Below the pieces are notes generated by a model that ran no database searches, was not told the DNA's origin, and saw only the letters and a program-made list of their open reading frames with translations. Position numbers and translations under genes: made by a program. A DNA stretch of 64,000 nt from Trueperaceae bacterium (GTDB lineage Bacteria; Deinococcota; Deinococci; Deinococcales; Trueperaceae), in assembly GCA_034520945.1 (NCBI GenBank), contig JAXHNB010000001.1, forward strand, positions 96,001 through 160,000, read 5' to 3'. Shown here one piece after another: positions 57,190 through 64,000 of the stretch (positions are counted from its first letter, which is position 1; the number at the start of each line of letters is the position of its first letter).

Positions 57190-59271
57190 CTAGGCGACCG
57201 CCAGCGCCTCCCGACGGTGGCGCATCAAGTTGACGATGAACACCAGGACGATGGCGGCCAGCCCGGCGACCTCGATCGGCAGCGAGGGCCAGAAGATCGC
57301 GACGGTCCCCGCGCTGGCGATCAGGCGCGAGGGAAGGAGCATCCGCGTGAACATGAACCCTTCCAGGGCGGCGGCGAAGGCGCCCAGGGCGGCGAAGGCG
57401 GTCAGGATGCTCCAGCCCACCACCAGCCAGGGCCCGCCCAGGATGATTTCGGGGTTGAACACCATGAACAGGGGGATCAAGTAGAGGCCCTTGGCGAACT
57501 TCCAGGCCGCGAAGCCGGTCCGCATCGGGTTGGAGCCGGCGATCGCCGCGCCTGCGAAGGCGGCCAGGGCGACGGGCGGCGTCACGTTCGAATCCTGGGA
57601 GTACCAGAACACCAGCAGGTGCGCGATGATCAGCGGGATCCCGAACTCCTGCGTCAGGGCCGGCCCGGTCAGCACGATCAGCACGATGTAGCTGGCCGTG
57701 ACCGGCAGGCCCATGCCGAGGATCAGGCTGGCCACCATCACCAGGACCAGGGCGGCGATGATGTTGCCGCCCGAGAACGACAGCATCAACGAGGAAAACT
57801 TCAGCCCCAGGCCGGTCAGGCCCACCACCCCCACCACGATGCCGGCCACGGCGCATGCGACCGAGACGGGGATGGCGTTGCGGGCCCCGATCTCCAGCGC
57901 TTCGATCGTCTTGACTAGGCCGCGCGCCGCGGCCCGGCCCCAGCCCTCCTCGGGTCGCACCTCGGGGGCGGTGAGCGTCTCGGCGGCGACGGTGTCGGGG
58001 ACACCTGCTTCGACCGCGACGATCGACGTCTTGTGGGGGACCGGCGCGTGACCGAGCCACAGGCGGCGCACGATGTAGCGCGCCAGGCTGACGGCGAGGA
58101 TGCCTACGATGGAGATGAAGCCGACGCGGGCCGGCGAGATGTTCTGCAGCAAGAAGTAGACCAGCACCACGATCGGCACCAGGAACTGCCAGCCGCGGGC
58201 GAACACCTCGCGGATCTTCGGGAGCTCGGCCTCGGTCATGCCGCGCATGCCGCGTTTGGCGGCGATGATGTCGACGAACAGGTACACGGTGGCGAAGTAG
58301 AGGATGGCCGGCAGGACCGAGATCTTGACGATCTCGACGTAGGGGATGCGGGTGTACTCGGCGATGAGGAAGGCGCCCGCCCCCATGATGGGCGGCATCA
58401 CCTGTCCGCCGGTGGAGGCGGCCGCCTCCACCCCGGCCGCCTCCTCGGGCTCGTAGCCGAGCTTCTTCATCAACGGGATGGTGAACGCGCCGGTGGTGAC
58501 GACGTTGGCGATGGCGCTGCCCGAGATCGAGCCCATCATCCCGGACGCGATCACCGAGGCTTTGGCGGGCCCGCCCCGCTGGCGCCCGGCGGCGGCGTAG
58601 GCCAGATCGATGAAGAACTGGCCGGCGCCGGTGATCTCCAGGAAGGCGCCGAACAGTACGAAGATGTACACGAAGGTGGCGGCGACGCCCAGGGGGAGGC
58701 CGTAGATGCCTTCCTGGCCGAGGTACAGCTGCGACACGATGCGCCCGACGTCGTAGCCGCGGTGCTCCAGGATGCCGGGCAGCGCGAACATCGACAGCAG
58801 GCCGCGCGGCCCGACCATGGCGTAGCCGATGAAGACCAGCCCGATGATCGCGATGGTCGGGCCGATGACCCGGCGCGACGCCTCCAGCACGACCAGCGTC
58901 GCCAGGATGCCCATGCGGATGTCGGTGTCGGTCCAGAAGCCGGCGCGGTCGATGATGGCGTCCAGCCCCAGCACCAGGTACGCGCCGGTGCCCACGGCGG
59001 CGGCGAGGAACGCCAGGTCGACGGGCCAGCGGATCCAGGCCCGCTTGGCGGCGGGGAACAGCAGGAACGCCAGCACCAGGATCAGCGTCAGGTGGATGCC
59101 ACGCTGGTAGAACAGGTTCAGCGTCTGGACGCCCGAGGTGTACAACTGGAACAGCGACAGCGTGATGCCGGTGAGGGCCACCACGGCCGCCACGATCTTC
59201 TCGGTGCTGCCGACCCGCGGCGAGGCGACGTTCTTGGCGGCGTTCTCCTCGCCGCGCGGGGGGCGCGTCAC
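57190..59271 (-). CDS. TAXI-TRAP fused permease (4TM/12TM)
   Basis: GGPAKASV, SGSAIANVVTTG, STGGQVMPPIMGAGAF, TPPVALAAFA. Confidence 0.92.
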   Translation of the reverse strand: MTRPPRGEENAAKNVASPRVGSTEKIVAAVVALTGITLSLFQLYTSGVQTLNLFYQRGIHLTLILVLAFLLFPAAKRAWIRWPVDLAFLAAAVGTGAYLVLGLDAIIDRAGFWTDTDIRMGILATLVVLEASRRVIGPTIAIIGLVFIGYAMVGPRGLLSMFALPGILEHRGYDVGRIVSQLYLGQEGIYGLPLGVAATFVYIFVLFGAFLEITGAGQFFIDLAYAAAGRQRGGPAKASVIASGMMGSISGSAIANVVTTGAFTIPLMKKLGYEPEEAAGVEAAASTGGQVMPPIMGAGAFLIAEYTRIPYVEIVKISVLPAILYFATVYLFVDIIAAKRGMRGMTEAELPKIREVFARGWQFLVPIVVLVYFLLQNISPARVGFISIVGILAVSLARYIVRRLWLGHAPVPHKTSIVAVEAGVPDTVAAETLTAPEVRPEEGWGRAAARGLVKTIEALEIGARNAIPVSVACAVAGIVVGVVGLTGLGLKFSSLMLSFSGGNIIAALVLVMVASLILGMGLPVTASYIVLIVLTGPALTQEFGIPLIIAHLLVFWYSQDSNVTPPVALAAFAGAAIAGSNPMRTGFAAWKFAKGLYLIPLFMVFNPEIILGGPWLVVGWSILTAFAALGAFAAALEGFMFTRMLLPSRLIASAGTVAIFWPSLPIEVAGLAAIVLVFIVNLMRHRREALAVA

Positions 59272-59801
59272 GGGGTCACCACCGCGATGCGGACCCGCTG
59301 GCCGGCAACCATGTCGGACAGGTCTAGCCGCGCGTCAGGGTGGACCAGCGTGTGCGCCACCTCCGGAGAGCCGACGCGCAGCCAGTAGGCGTTGCCGGGC
59401 ACGGGCTCGTCCAGGCCCAAGATCCAGTAGCCGTGCGCGTCGTCGCTCCGGACGCGGCCGCGTCCGGGAATATGGCCCAGGCCGGCGTCGAAGGAGGGGG
59501 TATGGCTGTGCGTCAGCGTCATCGTGCCGTCCTCGAGGGCGTAGAAATCGCGCACCCGTACGCCCGTGACCGAGTGACGCCAGGACAGGTACCAGGTCGC
59601 ATGGTGCGCCAGCGAAATGCGGGCCAGCTCGTGCCCAGCCGCGTCGGACACGACGAGATAGGGGTCCGGGTCGTGCGCGGGCGGACCGGACTGCGCGAGC
59701 GTGGCGGGGGCCAGCAGCGCGCAGCAGAGGATCGTCAAATAGGCCAGCGTGAGGGGAGAGGCCCGAACGGGCCCCTCCCTACTGGATCGCGTGGGGTCCA
59801 C
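59268..59801 (-). CDS. DUF1850-like protein
   Basis: WRHSV, FDAGLG, LRVG; typical position between TAXI SBP and permease. Confidence 0.7.
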   Translation of the reverse strand: MDPTRSSREGPVRASPLTLAYLTILCCALLAPATLAQSGPPAHDPDPYLVVSDAAGHELARISLAHHATWYLSWRHSVTGVRVRDFYALEDGTMTLTHSHTPSFDAGLGHIPGRGRVRSDDAHGYWILGLDEPVPGNAYWLRVGSPEVAHTLVHPDARLDLSDMVAGQRVRIAVVTP

Positions 59802-59818
59802 GGATCCGTCGCGTCCGC

Positions 59819-60802
59819 TTACTCCGGCGGCAGGAGCCGCTCGGGAACCTCGTACCCCTGGTCCTGGTAGTAGGACACCGCGCCGCGGTGCAGCGGGATC
59901 GGCGAGGCCGACAGCGCCAGTTCGGGGGTGGTGTCGTTGGCCGAGGGGTGGACGGCGATGACGTCGTCGATGTTCGAGTACAACGCGTCCAGGAAGTCGT
60001 AGGCGAGCTCAGGGTCCATTTCGGCGGCGACCAGGATCACGTTGGGGGTGCCGATGGTCTGGACGTCCTCGTCCACGCCGGGGTAGGTGCCGGCCGAGAT
60101 GGTGTAGGGCGCGAACACGTCGCTGGCGCCGAGTGCGTTCTCCAACTCGTCGCCCTCCAGCGACACGATCGAGATGTCGCGCGTGCTGGCCAGGTCGAGG
60201 ATCGAGCTGGTGGGCGGGCCGACCGACCAGAAGCCGGCGTCGATGTCGCCGTCGCGCAGCGCCGCGGCGGTCTCGTTGAAGTTGAGGCGCTGCTCATCGA
60301 AGTCGTCGTAGGTGACGCCGTTGGCTTCGAGGATGGAGACGGCGGACACTTCGGTGCCGCTGCCGGGGGCGCCGGTGGACACGCGCTTGCCGACCAGGTC
60401 GGCCAGCGTTTCGATGCCGGAGCCTTCCAGGGTGACCAACTGCACGGCGTTGGGGTAGGCGACGCCCAGGGCGCGCAGGTTGGGCAGCTGCGGCGGCTGG
60501 CCGTCGCCGCCGAAGTTCACGGTGCCGGTGTAGGCCTGGTACACGGTGTCGGCCAACGCCAGCGCGATGTCGCTGTCGCCGCGGGCGATCAGCCCCGAGT
60601 TCTCGACCGATGCGCCGGTCACTTCGGCGGCCGCGGTGTAGCCGTCGAGATACTCGTTCACGATTTCGGCGTAGGCGCCGCCGGTCGGGTAGTACACCCC
60701 GCCGGTGCCGCCGGTGGCGATCGATAGGCTCTGTTGCCCCAGCGCGATGCCGAGCGCGAACAGCGTGGTGGCCAAGGTGGCCATGAACGTGCGAATACGC
60801 AT
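59819..60802 (-). CDS. TAXI-family TRAP substrate-binding protein
   Basis: IATGGTGGVYYP, TGASVEN, GAPGSGTE, IPLHRGA; SD GAGGAGG. Confidence 0.93.
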   Translation of the reverse strand: MRIRTFMATLATTLFALGIALGQQSLSIATGGTGGVYYPTGGAYAEIVNEYLDGYTAAAEVTGASVENSGLIARGDSDIALALADTVYQAYTGTVNFGGDGQPPQLPNLRALGVAYPNAVQLVTLEGSGIETLADLVGKRVSTGAPGSGTEVSAVSILEANGVTYDDFDEQRLNFNETAAALRDGDIDAGFWSVGPPTSSILDLASTRDISIVSLEGDELENALGASDVFAPYTISAGTYPGVDEDVQTIGTPNVILVAAEMDPELAYDFLDALYSNIDDVIAVHPSANDTTPELALSASPIPLHRGAVSYYQDQGYEVPERLLPPE

Positions 60803-60974
60803 GGATATCGCCTCCTCATTGAGTTCGTGCGTACGGTGCGATGATAAACGTGCGACCGGCAGGGGGAGGCTGGGTACGCCTCTTTGCACGACAACACCCA
60901 GGGACACAGCGCGCCGGGGGCGCAGCACGCGAGGCGCAACGCGCCGCGGGGGTCGCGGTGGTAGAACGGGACCG

Positions 60975-62210
60975 ATGCTCCAAGGCGTGAACGTGCTCGA
61001 CCTCTCCCGCGTCCTGGCAGGGCCGTACTGCACGCAGGTCCTGGCCGACCTGGGCGCGCGGGTGGTGAAGATCGAGCCGCCGCGCGGGGACGACACCCGC
61101 GACTGGGGCCCGCCGTTCGCCGGCGATCAGAGCGGCTACTTCCTGTCCGTCAACCGCGGCAAGGAGAGCGTCGCGGTGGACCTGAAGCACCCCGACGGGC
61201 GCCGCATCGTGCGGCGGTTGGCGGCCCGGGCGGACGTGCTGGTCGAGAACTTCAAGGTCGGCGACCTGGCGCGCTACGACTTGGCGTATGACGATCTCGT
61301 CGGCGATGCGCCGGGGCTGATCTACGCCTCGATCACGGCGTACGGCAGCGACGGGCCACGGGCGCGGGAGCCGGGGTACGACGCGGCGCTTCAGGCGGTG
61401 ACGGGATTGATGGCCATGACGGGCGAGCCCGGTGGGGGGCCCGTCAAGCTCGGCGTCGCCTGGATCGACGTGCTGACGGGGCTCCATGCCGCCGTCGCCA
61501 TCCTGGCGGCGCTGCACGACCGGGACGCCGGCGGCGGGGGGCGGCACCTGCAGCTGTCGTTGTTCGAGACGGGGTTGGCCAGCCTGGTGAACCAGGCGCA
61601 GGGGGCGCTGCTGACGGGCGCGCCGCCGGTGCGGCTCGGCAGCGCCCACCCCAGCATCGTGCCCTACCAGGCGTTCGACACGGCCGATCGGCCGCTGATG
61701 CTGGCGGTCGGCAACGACGCGCAGTTCGCGCGGCTGTGCGCCGTGCTGGAGCGCGAGGCGTGGGCGAATGAGGCGCGCTTCGCGACCAACGCCGCGCGGG
61801 TGCAGAACCGCGAGGCGTTGGTGCCGGCGGTGCAGGAACGGCTCCGGGCCGGGACGCGCGATGATTGGCTCACGCGGCTTCACGCCGCCGGCGTGTCGTG
61901 CGCACCGGTGAACGACCTGCCCGAGGCGTTGGACGATCCCCAGGCGCGGGCGATGGGGACGGTGGGCCGCTACGTGCACCCGACGGCGGGGGAGGTGCCC
62001 TACGTGCGGAGCCCCTTGCGGCACGGCGCGGACGGGCCCGACGCGGCGCCGCCGCCGCGCTTGGGGGCGGATACGCGCGCCGTGCTGGAGGGCGAGCTGG
62101 GCTTGGGGGCCGACGAGGTGACGGCGTTGGCGGAGGCGGGCGCGGTCGCGCTCTTGGACGACGAAGCGCCGGCGGGCGACCCGGCGCGGGGCCGAGGCGG
62201 AGGTTCCTAG
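60975..62210 (+). CDS. CaiB/BaiF family (class III) CoA-transferase
   Basis: LDLSRVLAGP, LADLGARVVKIE, GDDTR.WGPP, NRGKES, PGYD. Confidence 0.92.
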   Translation: MLQGVNVLDLSRVLAGPYCTQVLADLGARVVKIEPPRGDDTRDWGPPFAGDQSGYFLSVNRGKESVAVDLKHPDGRRIVRRLAARADVLVENFKVGDLARYDLAYDDLVGDAPGLIYASITAYGSDGPRAREPGYDAALQAVTGLMAMTGEPGGGPVKLGVAWIDVLTGLHAAVAILAALHDRDAGGGGRHLQLSLFETGLASLVNQAQGALLTGAPPVRLGSAHPSIVPYQAFDTADRPLMLAVGNDAQFARLCAVLEREAWANEARFATNAARVQNREALVPAVQERLRAGTRDDWLTRLHAAGVSCAPVNDLPEALDDPQARAMGTVGRYVHPTAGEVPYVRSPLRHGADGPDAAPPPRLGADTRAVLEGELGLGADEVTALAEAGAVALLDDEAPAGDPARGRGGGS

Positions 62211-63658
62211 CCTGGCCACCTGGCGAACACGCGCCGAAGGCGCTCCAGGTCCGGCCGGTGTCGGTGCGGCGGGTCCTGGGCCAGCGTGCGCGCCAGTTCG
62301 TTCGGGTCCTGTGTATAGAGGTGCACGGTCCACAGGTCCGTGTCCTGGTGTACCCAGCCGGACGCGTCGTTGACGGGCCGCGACGGGTCCAGCGCGCGCG
62401 TCAGTGCAGCCGCGTCGCGGACGAGGCGGCGGTGTTCCGGGCCCACCACCTGGTCCTCGGTCTCGTTCAGCGGCGTCCATACGAGGATGGAGGGGTGGTC
62501 GCGATCGCGGATCACCAGCTCGCGCCACTCGCTCAGTAGGTTGCGGCCGGCCCGTGGGTCGTTCTCGTCGATCCCCCACCAGGGCATCTCGGCCCAGGTC
62601 AGCCAGCCGAGGCGGTCGGCGTGCCAGTGATAGCGCGGCTCGAACGCCTTCTGGTGCAGGCGCGCGCCGTTGAACCCGGCGCTGCGCGCCAGCTCGATGT
62701 CGCGCACCAGGGCGGCGTCGCTCGGCGCGGTCCAGATCCCGTCCGGCCAGTAGCCCTGGTCGAGGATCATCCGTAGGTAGCGCGGCTCGCCGTTGAGCAG
62801 CAGCTGGTCGCCCTCGACGCGCACTTCGCGCAGGCCCACGTAGCTGTCCACGCGGTCGACGGTTCGGCCGTCCGCGTCGATGACCTCGAGCTCGAGGCCG
62901 TGCAGGAACGGGTCGTGCGGCGTCCACGGCCGTGGATCGGCCAGCGGCACCACCAGCGGCACCCCGCTGCTCGCCGGCCCCTCTCTCCTCGTGGTGCGGT
63001 CGCCGCTGCGGGCGGTGCAGCGCAGTCGCGTTCCGGGCGCGTGGCCCAGGAAGGTGGGCACCAGCACCGCCTGGCCGCCGGCCAGGTCGGGCAGCACCCG
63101 CAGCGCGTCGAGCCCCAGCGGGTGGACCGCCTCGAGCCACACGGTCTGCCAGATCCCGCTGACACGGGCGTACCAGCAGCCGTGCGAGGCCCGCTGGTGG
63201 CTCTGCTTGCCGCCGGGCTGCAGGCCGGATCGGATGTCGTCGACGGCGTGCACCACCAGTTCGTGGTCCTCGCCGGGGCGGACCGCGTCGGTCAGGTCGA
63301 TCCGGAACGGGGCGCTGCCGCCGACGTGCTCGCCGAGGCGCGCCTCGTTCACGAACACCGCCGCGCGATGGTCGCAGGCGCCGACGTGAAGGAAGAGCCG
63401 GTGCCCCTCCCAGCCGCGCGGCACACGGACGGTGCGTCGGTACCAGAGCGAGGTGTGGAAGCTCGGGTCGCCGATGCCGGACAGGCGACTCTCCGGGGGG
63501 AACGGCACCACGATCTCGCGGTCGTAGGCCGCGTGCGGGGGCGGCGCCGCGTCGAGGTCCGCGCGGTCGTCACGCGCGAACGACCAGATGCCGTTCAAGG
63601 ATCGCCAGGCGGATCGCAGCAGGTGGGGGCGTGGGTGTTCGGGGCGGGGCGTCGGCAT
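62207..63658 (-). CDS. Glycoside hydrolase family 2, apparently missing the nucleophile-bearing part of the TIM barrel
   Basis: RPEHPRP, PFPPES.LSG, GKQ, SGIWQTVWLE, LDQGYWPDG, HPSI..W..LNE; no SEYGG-type or YTQ motifs. Confidence 0.8.
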   Translation of the reverse strand: MPTPRPEHPRPHLLRSAWRSLNGIWSFARDDRADLDAAPPPHAAYDREIVVPFPPESRLSGIGDPSFHTSLWYRRTVRVPRGWEGHRLFLHVGACDHRAAVFVNEARLGEHVGGSAPFRIDLTDAVRPGEDHELVVHAVDDIRSGLQPGGKQSHQRASHGCWYARVSGIWQTVWLEAVHPLGLDALRVLPDLAGGQAVLVPTFLGHAPGTRLRCTARSGDRTTRREGPASSGVPLVVPLADPRPWTPHDPFLHGLELEVIDADGRTVDRVDSYVGLREVRVEGDQLLLNGEPRYLRMILDQGYWPDGIWTAPSDAALVRDIELARSAGFNGARLHQKAFEPRYHWHADRLGWLTWAEMPWWGIDENDPRAGRNLLSEWRELVIRDRDHPSILVWTPLNETEDQVVGPEHRRLVRDAAALTRALDPSRPVNDASGWVHQDTDLWTVHLYTQDPNELARTLAQDPPHRHRPDLERLRRVFARWPG

Positions 63659-63740
63659 GGGTCTCCCGTGGCTGCGCGTGTCGGCGAAGGTCGGCCCCGC
63701 CGGTGGAACGGCGGGGCCGCGACGATGGAGGGATCGAGGG

Positions 63741-64000
63741 TCAGTCGAGCAGGGCCTGGACTTCGCCGTCGGCGGCGGACAGGGCCGACTCGATCTCTTC
63801 GCCGGTCAGCCAGATCGACTGCAGGCGGCGGTTGAGGACGTCCTGGATCGCGGAGAAGGCAGCGTTACGCTCGACGTCGCGGGCGATGTCGACGGTGCTG
63901 GCGTATTCACTGCGGTGCGGCAGCGAGCGGTAGGCCTCGCTCTCCAGCACGCTCTCGCGCACGGAGAGGTGGCCGGTGCGCGCCCAGTGGATGGAGGCGT
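63741..64000 (-). CDS. C-terminus of a probable sugar ABC substrate-binding protein (partial)
   Basis: WARTGHLSVRESVLESEAYRSLPHRSEYA...ALSAADGEVQALLD; co-oriented upstream of the GH2. Confidence 0.7.
   Translation of the reverse strand, partial: ASIHWARTGHLSVRESVLESEAYRSLPHRSEYASTVDIARDVERNAAFSAIQDVLNRRLQSIWLTGEEIESALSAADGEVQALLD

Overview
High-GC bacterial DNA, most likely Deinococcota (Trueperaceae-like). Evidence: the SigA/RpoD C-terminus [15 protein letters not shown], a Thermus c552-like cytochrome, and several leaderless TANNNT-N6/7-ATG starts. Left to right: a HexR/RpiR-regulated TRAP operon; OSBS/NAAAR; a class III aminotransferase + GGDEF-EAL gene pair present twice. The two copies bracket a Tat-exported flavin amine oxidoreductase, a diheme cytochrome c and a PQQ biosynthesis operon (two pqqA genes missed by the ORF track, pqqB apparently starting at ATT, pqqCDE, a dipeptidase). 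An RT-less group II intron sits directly after the ATG of the second GGDEF-EAL gene. It appears to recognise the start codon (EBS1 CAUG), to end in AUG rather than AY (compensatory gamma C), and to carry its own Shine-Dalgarno. An IS1380 element joins two different truncated genes. Next is an ~18 kb quinoprotein module: PQQ dehydrogenase with a D-x-D motif, three MxaJ-like proteins, MoxR/DUF58/VWA, a c552-fusion cytochrome, a PqqT-like ABC importer and an ABC-2 system. The right part holds sigA, GDPD, two peptide ABC systems with M20 and CocE/NonD hydrolases, DrrAB-MarR, a TAXI-TRAP system, a CoA transferase and an apparently internally deleted GH2. Frameshifts cluster at 14.6-20.2 kb and may be consensus errors. 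All family assignments come from motif recognition by eye; no searches were run.
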